64,000 nucleotides of DNA from Cyanobacteriota bacterium (GTDB taxonomy: Bacteria; Cyanobacteriota; Cyanobacteriia; PCC-6307; Cyanobiaceae), in assembly GCA_046052125.1 (NCBI GenBank), contig JBJOMY010000004.1, positions 160,001-224,000 of the forward strand, written 5' to 3'. A model generated the notes under the pieces. That model saw nothing but the letters and a program-made list of their open reading frames with translations, did not search any database and was not told the DNA's origin. Within the stretch, counting starts at the first letter, position 1. The number at the start of each line of letters is the position of its first letter. Shown here piece after piece: positions 8,185 to 17,492 of this stretch. The position numbers were made by a program, and so were the translations under genes.

Positions 8185-9069
8185 TTATTGCAGGGAGAGC
8201 ACGGCGGCGGTGAGCAGCACGTTGGTGAAGTAGGTCTTGATCGCGTCTTGGCTCAGGTTCACAGCGCTGCCCGGTCCCACCCATTGATTGATGCGGCTCT
8301 GGGCGTTGGGATCGTCGTTGATGTAGGCCTGCATCAGCCGGGCGATGGCCAGGTTGCTCAGGTTGAGCAGGCCTGAGTTGTTCTCCGGAACGATGCACGA
8401 CACCGCTGCCCGGCTGTAGGGCACGAGTGGATTGATGCTGCCGGCCGGGTCCGCAGCAGCGCGGTTAGCCAGCAGCCAAAGGCTGTCGCCCGCCAGGAAC
8501 TGGATCTGGCCGCCCTTGAGCGCCGCCAGGGCGGCTGCAGTGTTGTCGATTGTTTGGAGCTTGGCTCCTGGAACGCTCTTCTGGATGGTTTGAGCGGCGA
8601 GGGTGTTGTTCACCACCCCCACGGTTTGGCCCGTGAGTGCACCGGGGGTGCCGTCGTTGCCAGCCGGGGTGATCAGGCGGGTGCCAGAGAGGGCAAAGGG
8701 CAGGGAGTAGTCAACGAACATCGAGCGCCCCCAGCTGAAGCCCACGCCACAGGCCAGGTCGACGTTGCCGCTGGCGATGGCGGCGAGGCCCTGCTCCACC
8801 GACTCAACTGGTTGGGGAACCAGCTGCACAGGCTTACCGGTGTACTCGCTCAGCTCCTTCTGGATTTCCTTGGCAAATTCCATGCCGAGGCCCACGTAGC
8901 CGTTGCCCTGTTGGGTGGTGTAGGGCAGGTCGCCATCCATCACCAGGGTGTTGAGCCGGCCGCTGCGGCTCACGCGATCGAGCACCGAGCTGTCAGCCAG
9001 GGCGGGTTGAAGCGCACCCAGGGTGATGCCGACCAGTGCACCGGCCAGAGCGGTTAAACGAAGAGCCAT
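8185..9069 (-). CDS. grrP: Orphan extracellular substrate-binding protein (family 3 SBP-like), GrrP type
   Basis: Signal peptide (…LQPALA), VDLACG…WGRSMFVDYSLPF motif, no adjacent permease or ATPase. Start ATG 9069 preferred (alternative TTG 9102). Confidence 0.85.
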   Translation of the reverse strand: MALRLTALAGALVGITLGALQPALADSSVLDRVSRSGRLNTLVMDGDLPYTTQQGNGYVGLGMEFAKEIQKELSEYTGKPVQLVPQPVESVEQGLAAIASGNVDLACGVGFSWGRSMFVDYSLPFALSGTRLITPAGNDGTPGALTGQTVGVVNNTLAAQTIQKSVPGAKLQTIDNTAAALAALKGGQIQFLAGDSLWLLANRAAADPAGSINPLVPYSRAAVSCIVPENNSGLLNLSNLAIARLMQAYINDDPNAQSRINQWVGPGSAVNLSQDAIKTYFTNVLLTAAVLSLQ

Positions 9070-9182
9070 AGGGCGTTGCAGCGACCCAAGCAAGCTCGCC
9101 AAAGTTAGGCGGCCTGAGCCGGTTTGGCTGCAACGGGCGGCAGCCGGGTTGGCCCTGCAGGCTGCCCATCCAGAATGACTGG

Positions 9183-10436
9183 ATGATCGAGGTGATCGGC
9201 ACCGATGCCGGTGCGCCGGCCACCTTGCCGGTTCAGCACCAGCAACGCCTGCGGCAGGCCCAGCTGATTGCGGCGCCGAAGCGCCTCCATCCGGCCCTGC
9301 GCGCCTGGGCTGGCGATTCCCTGCCCGAGCTGCTCGCTAGTGATCAGCCGCAAGTGCTGCTGGAGCGGCTTGGCTCGCTGGCGCCGGATGCGGCGGCGGT
9401 GGTGCTGGCCAGCGGCGACCCGCTCTGGTTCGGCATCGGTCGCTTGTTGTTGGAGGGCCTACCCCCGCAGCGCCTGCGTTTCCACCCGGCTCCCAGTTCT
9501 CTGCAGCTGGCGTTCGCACGGATTGGTCGCCCCTGGCAGGACGCCGGCTGGCTGAGCCTGCACGGCCGCGATCCCGATCCCTTAACCGCTCGGTTGCAGC
9601 AGCGCCCCGCCGCCCTGGCCGTGCTCACCGATCCAGGCCAGGGCGGTGCGGACGACGTGCGCCGCTGCCTCAGAGCCGCGGGCCTGGAGCAGGCCTACCG
9701 CTTCTGGTTGTGCGAGCGCCTGGGGCATGCGGAGGAGCGGGTGCAGTGTCTGGCTCCTCATGAGCCATTACCCGCGGATCTCGATCCGCTGCACCTGGTG
9801 CTGCTTGTGGCGCAAGATCCACCGTTGCCCCAGCAGCTGCCGCTGTTCGGCTTGCCGGATGGGGTGTTTCTGCAGCATCCCGATCGCCCTGGGCTGATGA
9901 CCAAGCGTGAGGTGCGTATTCAGCTGCTAGCGGAGCTGGATCTACCGGCCCGCGGTGTGCTCTGGGATATCGGTGCTGGGGTGGGTTCGGTTGGGCTGGA
10001 AGCGCTGCGCCTGCGCCCGGCGCTGCAGCTTTGGGCCCTGGAGCAGCGCGGCGGTTCGGCGTCGTTGATCCAAGCCAACGGCGAGCGGCTTGGCGTGGTG
10101 CCGGCCGGCGTGGTGGAGGGGCGCGCCCCTGAGGCTCTGCTGCAGCTGCCGGATCCCGATCGCGTGTTGCTCGGTGGGGGTGGCCGCGACCGGCGGGCTC
10201 TGTTGCAGGCCGTGCTGGATCGCCTGCGCCCGGGTGGTGTGGTGGTGATTCCCTTGGCCACCCTGGAGGCCCTGGCCGAGCTGCGGCCTGTGCTGGAAGC
10301 CGCTGGCCTTCAGGTGAGCCTCAGTCAGCATCAGGCCTGGAGAGGTGCTCCGCTGGCTGATGGCACCCGGCTGGCGCCGCTCAATCCCGTGCTGGTGTTG
10401 CGGGGCGAGCGCCGGGCTGAGGGATCAGCGGCCTGA
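9183..10436 (+). CDS. cbiE: Bifunctional precorrin-6Y C5,15-methyltransferase CbiE/CbiT (CobL)
   Basis: VVLASGDPLWFGIG, SLHGR, MTKREVR and WDIGAGVGSV SAM-binding motif. Confidence 0.92.
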   Translation: MIEVIGTDAGAPATLPVQHQQRLRQAQLIAAPKRLHPALRAWAGDSLPELLASDQPQVLLERLGSLAPDAAAVVLASGDPLWFGIGRLLLEGLPPQRLRFHPAPSSLQLAFARIGRPWQDAGWLSLHGRDPDPLTARLQQRPAALAVLTDPGQGGADDVRRCLRAAGLEQAYRFWLCERLGHAEERVQCLAPHEPLPADLDPLHLVLLVAQDPPLPQQLPLFGLPDGVFLQHPDRPGLMTKREVRIQLLAELDLPARGVLWDIGAGVGSVGLEALRLRPALQLWALEQRGGSASLIQANGERLGVVPAGVVEGRAPEALLQLPDPDRVLLGGGGRDRRALLQAVLDRLRPGGVVVIPLATLEALAELRPVLEAAGLQVSLSQHQAWRGAPLADGTRLAPLNPVLVLRGERRAEGSAA

Positions 10437-10860
10437 ATGGACTGACGAGCGCGGAGCTGCCCACGCGGATGCCGAGCCGGATTGCCTCACCGGCGGCGAG
10501 CTCCACCACGCTATCGGCTACTTCATCGGGGCCGTAGCTGCGGCAGGGCAGGCGGGGGCAAGGGGTGGCGTTGGCCTCGATCGCGATCACCCGCCGGTCG
10601 CGGATGAACAGCATGTCGAGCGGGGAGGGGGTGTGGTGCATCCAGAACTTGAGCACCTGCGGTTGGTCGTAGGGGAACCACATGCCCCGCAGCGGCGCAA
10701 GGGGTGGCCGCCCCATCAGCCCCCAGCTCTGTTGCTGGGGTGTGCGGGCCACCTCCAGCTGGATGCAGGGGGCGCTGCTGGGCTTGAGGCTGGTGGCTTC
10801 GAGGCACCACTGCGCTTCGATCGGCAGCTGTTGTGGTGGCGGGGCTGAAGGCGTGGTCAT
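10381..10860 (-). CDS. DUF192 domain protein
   Basis: LEVARTP…GLMGR…GMWF…FWMHHTPSPLDMLFI…VVELAAG pattern. Confidence 0.85.
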   Translation of the reverse strand: MTTPSAPPPQQLPIEAQWCLEATSLKPSSAPCIQLEVARTPQQQSWGLMGRPPLAPLRGMWFPYDQPQVLKFWMHHTPSPLDMLFIRDRRVIAIEANATPCPRLPCRSYGPDEVADSVVELAAGEAIRLGIRVGSSALVSPFRPLIPQPGARPATPARD

Positions 10861-10868
10861 CGGCAGGG

Positions 10869-11522
10869 TCAGCGCTGTGGTGGGCCATCACTGAGGCAGT
10901 AACCCTGCCCCCGCACGGTGTGAATCAGGCGTTTTTCACCTTGTTCCTCCAGCTTCTGGCGCAAGTAGCGCACGTACACCTCGATCACGTTGCTGGCGGT
11001 GGCCTGCTGGTCGTGCCACACCTGCCGAAGGATCTGCTCACGGCTCAGCACCTGCCCGCGGTGCTCCATCAACAGCAAGAGCAACGCATATTCACGGGCC
11101 GTAAGCGGCACCAGTCGCTGGCCGCGGCGCACCTCATGGCGGCTGGGCACCAGGCTCAGATCGCCCAGGCTGAGCCGATCCTCCGGCGGATTGTCCTTCT
11201 CGATCAGCTTGCGATGCAAGCGCAGGCGCATCAGTAGATCGCTCGTTCCCGCCGACGACAACCAGAAATCCGTGGCACCGGAGCGCAGCATCCGGGAGCG
11301 GGCGGCCACGCTGTCCTGGCCGATGTCGAGCAGCACTGGCACCGTTCCCCAGCGTTCGCGCAGGGCCGGCAGCTGATCGGCCAGCTCAGCCCCGAGGATC
11401 ACCAGATCGCAGCGGCCCTCAGAGGTTTGGTCTCCCACCCGGCATTGGTAGCCCGAGGCCTCCAGCCGCGGGGCCAGGGCCTCTGCCTCTGCCCCCAGCA
11501 GCAGCAGGGTGGTGCCGCTCAT
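10869..11522 (-). CDS. nblR: OmpR-family response regulator, NblR-like (degenerate receiver domain)
   Basis: Winged-helix C-terminus LTAREYALL…[14 protein letters not shown]…TVRGQGY. ATG 11522 overlaps the nadK stop. Confidence 0.75.
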   Translation of the reverse strand: MSGTTLLLLGAEAEALAPRLEASGYQCRVGDQTSEGRCDLVILGAELADQLPALRERWGTVPVLLDIGQDSVAARSRMLRSGATDFWLSSAGTSDLLMRLRLHRKLIEKDNPPEDRLSLGDLSLVPSRHEVRRGQRLVPLTAREYALLLLLMEHRGQVLSREQILRQVWHDQQATASNVIEVYVRYLRQKLEEQGEKRLIHTVRGQGYCLSDGPPQR

Positions 11523-12436
11523 CCGGGGCCGCCGTTGCTTGGCTTGGCCACATGGGGTAGGCCCCAACCCAGCTTGTTGCGCAGCACCTGGAAGAACTCA
11601 TGGTCGGCCAGGCGCACGAAGCGTACCGGGTGCTCGCTGCGGCGGATCAGCACCCGGTCTTCCGGCCACACGTAACAACCGGCGCTGCCGTCCACCACCA
11701 TCATCAGCCGCTCAGGCGTGGCCGGAAACACCGTCACGGGCTCTTGATCGCTGAACACCAGGGCGCGGGAGGCCAGGGAATGGGGCGCGATCGGCGTGAG
11801 CTGCAGCACCGGGCAGTCGGGGGTGATCACAGGGCCGCCCGCGCTTAAGGCGTAGGCCGTGGAGCCGGTGGGGGTGGAGAGGATCACTCCATCGGCGGCG
11901 ATATCGACAGGGGCGTGGCGGCCCACGGCGATCTCGAAGTGACACATCGAGGTGAGCGGTTCGCGGTGCAGGGCCATCTCGTTGAGACAGAGCACCTCCC
12001 AGCGGCGCTGCTCACCACGCATCACACTCACCACCAGGGTGGTGCGCTCCTCCACGGTCCAGTCGCCAGCGATCACCTGCTCGAGGGCTTCCTCCAGCTC
12101 GGGCAGATAGGTCTCGGCCAGAAAGCCCAGATGGCCGGTGTTGATCGTGAGGATCGGCACGTCGATCGGCGCCGTCATCCGCGCGGCCGAGAGCACCGTG
12201 CCATCGCCGCCCAGCACCATGGCCATCGCCATGGAGGAATCGAAATTCGGAGGCACGCAGGCGGCATGCCCCTTGGCCCGCAGGTGCTGATCCGGATTGG
12301 CGAAGCCCACCATGCCGCCGGAGCTGCTGGCGCGCACCACGTCATAACCAGCCGCACGCAGCCGCGTTTCGATGCTGTCGGCGGTGGCCAGGGCCAGGTC
12401 CTTGCCGTCGTTAACGATCAGTCCGACGCAGGGCAC
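11519..12436 (-). CDS. nadK: NAD(+) kinase
   Basis: [17 protein letters not shown] and [21 protein letters not shown] motifs. Confidence 0.95.
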   Translation of the reverse strand: MPCVGLIVNDGKDLALATADSIETRLRAAGYDVVRASSSGGMVGFANPDQHLRAKGHAACVPPNFDSSMAMAMVLGGDGTVLSAARMTAPIDVPILTINTGHLGFLAETYLPELEEALEQVIAGDWTVEERTTLVVSVMRGEQRRWEVLCLNEMALHREPLTSMCHFEIAVGRHAPVDIAADGVILSTPTGSTAYALSAGGPVITPDCPVLQLTPIAPHSLASRALVFSDQEPVTVFPATPERLMMVVDGSAGCYVWPEDRVLIRRSEHPVRFVRLADHEFFQVLRNKLGWGLPHVAKPSNGGPG

Positions 12437-12478
12437 TGACTGGGGCTGAAGATCAGGCGATTTTATGGGTCACTTCCG

Positions 12479-12501
12479 GTTCTGCTCATCTGGAGCAGAA
12501 C
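12479..12501. other. 9-bp hairpin just downstream of pheS
   Basis: GTTCTGCTC-ATCTG-GAGCAGAAC. No U-tract, so function is unclear. Confidence 0.4.
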
Positions 12502-12507
12502 ATCGCT

Positions 12508-13515
12508 TCAGAACTGCTCCAGGAAGCGCAGATCGGAGGTGAACAGCCGGCGAATGTCATCAATGCCGTGGCGCACCATGCAGAAGCGCTCCACACCCAG
12601 GCCGGCAGCGAAGCCGCTGTAGCGCTCGGGATCGATGCCGAGGCCCTCGAGCACCGCTGGATCCACCATCCCGCAACCCATCACCTCCAGCCAGCGGCCA
12701 CGCCACTGCACATCCACTTCGGCGGAGGGCTCGGTGAAGGGGAAGTAGCTGGCGCGGAAGCGCACCGGCAGATCGCCGAAGAAACGCTGCAGGAAGGTGG
12801 TCACGGTGCCGCGCAGATGGCTGAAATCGAGGCCTTCATCGATGGCCAGCACCTCCACCTGGTGGAATACCGGCGAGTGGGTGGCATCCACCGCATCGCG
12901 GCGATACACGCGCCCGGGCGCCACGATCCGCACCGGCGGCGGATTCTTCTCCAGGTGGCGGATCTGTACTGGGGAGGTGTGGGTGCGCAGCAGCTCGTGC
13001 TCGCTCAGATAAAAGGTGTCCTGCATATCCCGCGCCGGGTGGTGCGGAGGGATGTTGAGGGCGCTGAAGTTGTAGTGGTCGGTCTCAATCTCAGGGCCTT
13101 CTTCAACCCGGTAGCCGAGGCCGGCAAAGATATCCACGATCTCTTCCACCGTGCTGATCAGCGGGTGGCGGTGGCCTGCGGGCGTGAAGCGGGCCGGCAT
13201 CGTCACATCCAGCGTTTCGCCGGCGATGCGCTCGGCCATGGCTGCGCTCTTCACGGCCGCCAAGCGTTCACTCAGGAGGGTTTGCGCTTGCTCCTTGAGC
13301 ACGTTGGCGCGCTGTCCCACCAGCGGTCGCTCATCGCCGGGCAGTTTGCCCATGGCGCCCAGCACTCCAGAGAGCTTGCCCTTCTTACCCAGTAGGCCAA
13401 CGCGCAGCTCTTCCAGTTCAGCGGCTGAACCTGCGGCGGCGATGGCTTTTGCCGCTTCAGCCTCCAGTTGCTCCAGTTGCTCTGTGAGCTGCTGCAGGCT
13501 GACGGTGGCGCTCAC
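12508..13515 (-). CDS. pheS: Phenylalanine--tRNA ligase alpha subunit
   Basis: [33 protein letters not shown] and [10 protein letters not shown] motifs. Confidence 0.98.
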   Translation of the reverse strand: MSATVSLQQLTEQLEQLEAEAAKAIAAAGSAAELEELRVGLLGKKGKLSGVLGAMGKLPGDERPLVGQRANVLKEQAQTLLSERLAAVKSAAMAERIAGETLDVTMPARFTPAGHRHPLISTVEEIVDIFAGLGYRVEEGPEIETDHYNFSALNIPPHHPARDMQDTFYLSEHELLRTHTSPVQIRHLEKNPPPVRIVAPGRVYRRDAVDATHSPVFHQVEVLAIDEGLDFSHLRGTVTTFLQRFFGDLPVRFRASYFPFTEPSAEVDVQWRGRWLEVMGCGMVDPAVLEGLGIDPERYSGFAAGLGVERFCMVRHGIDDIRRLFTSDLRFLEQF

Positions 13516-13583
13516 GGCTGTGTTCCGGCGATCGCTGACTTTAAGAAGGCGGCCTCTAGCCTCGATCCAATCGGCTTGATGCC

Positions 13584-14381
13584 TTGCGGATCCTGATCAG
13601 CAACGACGACGGCGTGTTTGCCGACGGCATCCGCGCGCTGGCGGCTGAAGCGGTGAACCGGGGGCACCACGTGACGGTGGTGTGCCCGGATCAGGAGCGC
13701 TCGGCCACCGGCCACGGGCTCACCCTGCAAACTCCCCTGCGCGCTGAGCGCGCCGACGAGTTGTTTGCCCCCGGCATCACCGCCTGGGCCTGCAGTGGCA
13801 CCCCCAGCGATTGCGTGAAGCTCGCGCTGTTTGCGCTGCTCGAAGAGTGGCCGGATCTGGTGCTCTCCGGGATCAACCACGGTCCCAACCTCGGCACCGA
13901 CACCCTGTATTCGGGCACCGTGAGCGCGGCCATGGAGGGCACCATCGAGGGCTTGCCGGCACTGGCGGTGAGCAGTGCCGATTTTCAGTGGCGCCAGTTC
14001 GGGCCGGCTGCCCGCATCGCCCTCGATGTGGCCGAGCACACCGTTGCCGCCGGCTGGCCCCAGGGCGTGCTGTTCAATCTGAATGTGCCACCGCTGCCGG
14101 CTGAGGCGATCGGCCCGCTGCGCTGGTGCCGCAAGGCGGTGCGCCGCTACACCGATCAGTTCGACAAGCGGGTGGATCCCCGCGGCCGCACCTACTACTG
14201 GCTGGCCGGTGAGGTGGCCAACGACCTGGACGCCCAAGTGGCCGGCCCCAGCGACTGGCCGGTGGATGTGGCCCATGTGGCTGGCGGTGGGGTGTCGCTG
14301 ACGCCGTTGCAGCCGGAATTGTTTTGGCGTGGTGCGGCTTCAGAGCTGCCTGAACTGCCTCAGCTGCCGCTGGGCCGGTAG
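13584..14381 (+). CDS. surE: 5'/3'-nucleotidase SurE
   Basis: [15 protein letters not shown] and [10 protein letters not shown]…[11 protein letters not shown] motifs. Confidence 0.96.
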   Translation: MRILISNDDGVFADGIRALAAEAVNRGHHVTVVCPDQERSATGHGLTLQTPLRAERADELFAPGITAWACSGTPSDCVKLALFALLEEWPDLVLSGINHGPNLGTDTLYSGTVSAAMEGTIEGLPALAVSSADFQWRQFGPAARIALDVAEHTVAAGWPQGVLFNLNVPPLPAEAIGPLRWCRKAVRRYTDQFDKRVDPRGRTYYWLAGEVANDLDAQVAGPSDWPVDVAHVAGGGVSLTPLQPELFWRGAASELPELPQLPLGR

Positions 14382-14938
14382 ACGCGCTGCAGCAGCCAGA
14401 TGCTGATCCACAGGCCGATCAGGTGGGCGAACACCACCTGGGTGTTGCTCAGCACCGAGAGCATCTCCAGAGATGTGATCGGATAGTTGGTGATCCGGCC
14501 TCCGGGCGTGGTCATCACGCCACCAAAGGCGAAGCCCGCCTGCATGGAGGCCTGGAAAAACAGGGAGCCTGCTAACGACTGATAGCCCACCACCCCGAGG
14601 GTGAGTCCGATCAGATCAGCCAGGATGCCGCGCTTGATCAGCCTGCCGGTTTCCCCCTTGCTGGGATGCACAGGGCTGGCCAGGGCGCGGCCGCAGCGCA
14701 CCACCAGCCAGCTCTGCCAGAGGCACCAGAGCAGCACAAAGAAGGCGATCGAGGTGAGTGAGATCCCTGGGCTGAGGCCCAGGGCCTTATCGGCGCGGGC
14801 GCCAATCTGGCCGCCGATGTTGTTGAACAGCAGCACGCCCATCACCACCACCGCCAGCACCAGCTGCGCCCAGAAGCGCACCCAGCCCAGGCGCCTCAGC
14901 GCAGCGGAAATCAGCTGGAGGTCGAGGCGATCGGCCAT
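14360..14938 (-). CDS. DUF3611-like cyanobacterial membrane protein
   Basis: [16 protein letters not shown]-terminus, about 4 TM segments, [10 protein letters not shown]. Confidence 0.75.
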   Translation of the reverse strand: MADRLDLQLISAALRRLGWVRFWAQLVLAVVVMGVLLFNNIGGQIGARADKALGLSPGISLTSIAFFVLLWCLWQSWLVVRCGRALASPVHPSKGETGRLIKRGILADLIGLTLGVVGYQSLAGSLFFQASMQAGFAFGGVMTTPGGRITNYPITSLEMLSVLSNTQVVFAHLIGLWISIWLLQRVYRPSGS

Positions 14939-15069
14939 GGGATTGAGCGAGGGCGCCGGAGTTCGCCCAAACCTGCCATGGGAGGATCCCTAGGGCGAGG
15001 GCCCCGACGCTTCTTGTTGGTGATTCGGCTGTTGTTTAGGCCGGCTGTGATTGCAGCGGTGGGTACCCC

Positions 15070-16071
15070 TTGATTCCTCTGCGCACCCCAGATCAAGCCG
15101 CCGGCCCTGCGGCGATTGCCCTCGGCAGTTTTGACGGGCTGCATGAAGGTCACCGCCAGGTGATTGCGTCGGTGGTGGAACGGGCCGTGCCGGCTGGATT
15201 GGTGCCCACGGTTGTGAGCTTCTGGCCCCACCCCCGCGAGGTGCTCTACGGCGAAACGCGTCTGCGCCTGGATTTACCGGCCGAGAAGCTCGATCTGCTG
15301 GAGCCCCTTGGCATTGATCAGCTGGTGCTTGTGCCGTTCACCCCGGCGCTCGCTGCCCTGAATCCCGCTGATTTCGTGGAGCAGGTGCTGGTGCAGCAGC
15401 TGCGGGCCGAGCTGGTGGCGGTGGGCGAGAACTTCCGCTTCGGGGCGGGCCGCAGCGGCGATATCCACACACTGCGCGAGCTGGGTGCGGCGCGCGGGAT
15501 TGAGGTGCTGGTGCAGCCGATCCTCCGCGATAGCAGCGGCCGCCTCAGCAGCAGCCGCATTCGCCGCGCCCTTGAGGCCGGTGATCTCCAAGAGGCCAGT
15601 CGGCTGTTGGCGCGGCCTTATCGCTTTGGTGGCCGCGTGGTGCGTGGCCGCGGCCTGGGCCGCGAACTGGGCTGGCCCACCGCCAACCTGCAGGTGGATG
15701 GCCGCAAGTTTTTGCCTCAACAGGGTGTCTATGCCGCCTGGGTCTGGCTACAGGGCGAGCGCCTGCCGGGTGAACGTCTGGCGGCGGTGATGAATCTCGG
15801 CCCTCAGCCCACGGTGGATCCCACTGCCCCATCGGCAGTGGAGGTGCATGTGCTCGGTCGGCAGCTGGAGCTGGAGGGAGTGCAGCTGCTGGTGGAGCCG
15901 GTGGCGCTGCTTCGCCAACAGGAGCGCTTTGAAAACCTCGAAGCGCTGGTGGCCCAGATCGGCCGCGATGCGGCCCGGGCGGAAGCCTTGCTGCTCTCAG
16001 CCGGCGGGGTAGGCGTTGGCCAGGCCCCAGCTGATGAAGGCAGCGATGGCCCCCAGCAGCAGAATCCCTGA
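15070..16071 (+). CDS. ribF: Bifunctional riboflavin kinase/FAD synthetase
   Basis: ALGSFDGLHEGH, GENFRFG, SSSRIR, GRELGWPTANL and EVHVL motifs. Confidence 0.96.
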   Translation: MIPLRTPDQAAGPAAIALGSFDGLHEGHRQVIASVVERAVPAGLVPTVVSFWPHPREVLYGETRLRLDLPAEKLDLLEPLGIDQLVLVPFTPALAALNPADFVEQVLVQQLRAELVAVGENFRFGAGRSGDIHTLRELGAARGIEVLVQPILRDSSGRLSSSRIRRALEAGDLQEASRLLARPYRFGGRVVRGRGLGRELGWPTANLQVDGRKFLPQQGVYAAWVWLQGERLPGERLAAVMNLGPQPTVDPTAPSAVEVHVLGRQLELEGVQLLVEPVALLRQQERFENLEALVAQIGRDAARAEALLLSAGGVGVGQAPADEGSDGPQQQNP

Positions 16072-16113
16072 GATCAGCACCAGCATCGGGCTGTCGGATC
16101 CGCCCTGCTCCAT
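15997..16113 (-). CDS. Small single-TM membrane protein (38 aa), not in the ORF track
   Basis: Hand translation MEQGGSDSPMLVLISGILLLGAIAAFISWGLANAYPAG*; one clean hydrophobic helix, GC3-rich codons. Confidence 0.65.
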   Translation of the reverse strand: MEQGGSDSPMLVLISGILLLGAIAAFISWGLANAYPAG

Positions 16114-16174
16114 GACCACGCCGTTGTGGAACGTGTGCACACCCTAAGCAGACCGTCTTGTTCCAGCCCTGTTC

Positions 16175-17239
16175 ATGACTGCACCCGCACAACTTCAGCC
16201 GGTGTTGCGTCTGCTCGACGCCAACCTCGATCGCGCCCGCGAGGGTTTGCGGGTAGTGGAGGACTGGTGCCGTTTTGGCATGGATCGCGCTGATCTGGTG
16301 GCGCGCCTGAAAGATCTGCGCCAGCGCCTCGGGCTGCTGCATCAGAACCGCTACAAACAGGCGCGCCATACGGCAGGTGATGTGGCCGCAGGCATGGCTC
16401 ACCCGGCCCAGGATCAACGGTTGCGACCCGAGCAGGTGCTGGCGGCCAACTGCGGCCGGGTGCAGGAGGCGCTGCGGGTGCTCGAGGAATTCGGCCGAGG
16501 TGTGGATCCGCAACTGGTGGCCGAGGCCGCGGCGATCCGCTACGCCCTCTATGACCTGGAGGTGGAGCTGCTCCGGGCGGCGGGGTCGGGCGAGCAACGC
16601 CGCCGTCAGCTGCGCGATTGCCGGCTGTACCTGGTGACCAGCCCATCGCCGCGACTCGAAGCGGTGGTGGAGGCGGCCCTGCAGGGCGGCGTGTGCCTGG
16701 TGCAATACCGCGCCAAGGAGGGCAGCCTGGCCCCAGATGGTCAGCCGATCACCGATGCAGTGCGCCTCGAGCAGGCCAGGGCGCTGCGTCAGCTGTGCAG
16801 CCGGCATGGAGCCCTGTTTTTGGTGAATGACCGCATCGATATCGCCCTGGCGGTGGATGCCGATGGGGTGCATCTGGGCCAGGGGGATCTACCGCCAGCC
16901 CTGGCGCGCCAGTTGTTGGGCCCGGAGCGCTTGATTGGCCGCAGCACCCACGCCATCAGCCAGCTGCGCCAAGCGGTGGCCGATGGTTGCGACTACGTGG
17001 GTGTGGGCCCCGTGAACGCCACCCCCACCAAGCCCGGCCGTGAGCCGGTGGGTCTCGATTACGTGCGTCAGGCGGCGGCGGAAAGCCCGATTCCGTTCTT
17101 CGCGATCGGTGGGATCGAGCCCGCCAACCTGGCGGCGGTGCAGGCTGCGGGCGGTGAGCGGGTTGCGGTGGTGCGGGCGATCACGGAAGCACCGGATCCA
17201 GCTCAGGCCAGCCGTGAGTTGCTCACCCTGTTGCAGTGA
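16175..17239 (+). CDS. thiE: Thiamine-phosphate synthase with cyanobacterial N-terminal ThiD2-type domain
   Basis: LDANLDRAREGLRVVEDW N-domain; QYRAK, VNDRID, HLGQGD, GRSTH, TPTKP and AIGGI motifs. Confidence 0.95.
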   Translation: MTAPAQLQPVLRLLDANLDRAREGLRVVEDWCRFGMDRADLVARLKDLRQRLGLLHQNRYKQARHTAGDVAAGMAHPAQDQRLRPEQVLAANCGRVQEALRVLEEFGRGVDPQLVAEAAAIRYALYDLEVELLRAAGSGEQRRRQLRDCRLYLVTSPSPRLEAVVEAALQGGVCLVQYRAKEGSLAPDGQPITDAVRLEQARALRQLCSRHGALFLVNDRIDIALAVDADGVHLGQGDLPPALARQLLGPERLIGRSTHAISQLRQAVADGCDYVGVGPVNATPTKPGREPVGLDYVRQAAAESPIPFFAIGGIEPANLAAVQAAGGERVAVVRAITEAPDPAQASRELLTLLQ

Positions 17240-17244
17240 TGGCT

Positions 17245-17463
17245 ATGAGCGAGACCACCCTCCAGATCCGTCTCAACGGCGATCCCATTCAGTGCCCCGC
17301 AGGTTTATCGCTGCTGCAGCTTCTAGAGCTGCGGGGCTACAAGCCGCAGCTGGTGGTGGTGGAGTTCAACGGCGAGATCCTTCCCCGGGCGCGTTGGGCT
17401 GATCAGCCCGTACGGGAAGCCGATGCGGTGGAAGTGGTCACCATCGTGGGGGGCGGTTCCTAG
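17245..17463 (+). CDS. thiS: Sulfur carrier protein ThiS
   Basis: LNG…VVEFNGEIL…EVVTIVGGGS C-terminus; exact start uncertain (17236-17245). Confidence 0.92.
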   Translation: MSETTLQIRLNGDPIQCPAGLSLLQLLELRGYKPQLVVVEFNGEILPRARWADQPVREADAVEVVTIVGGGS

Positions 17464-17492
17464 ATTTCAGTTCAACTCTTCCGGCTCTGGTT

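Noticed and set aside
3189..9102. Calling the TA-GH116-GRRM block a mobile genomic island
   Set aside because: No integrase, transposase, tRNA target or flanking direct repeats visible; GH116 and grrM codon usage looks native.
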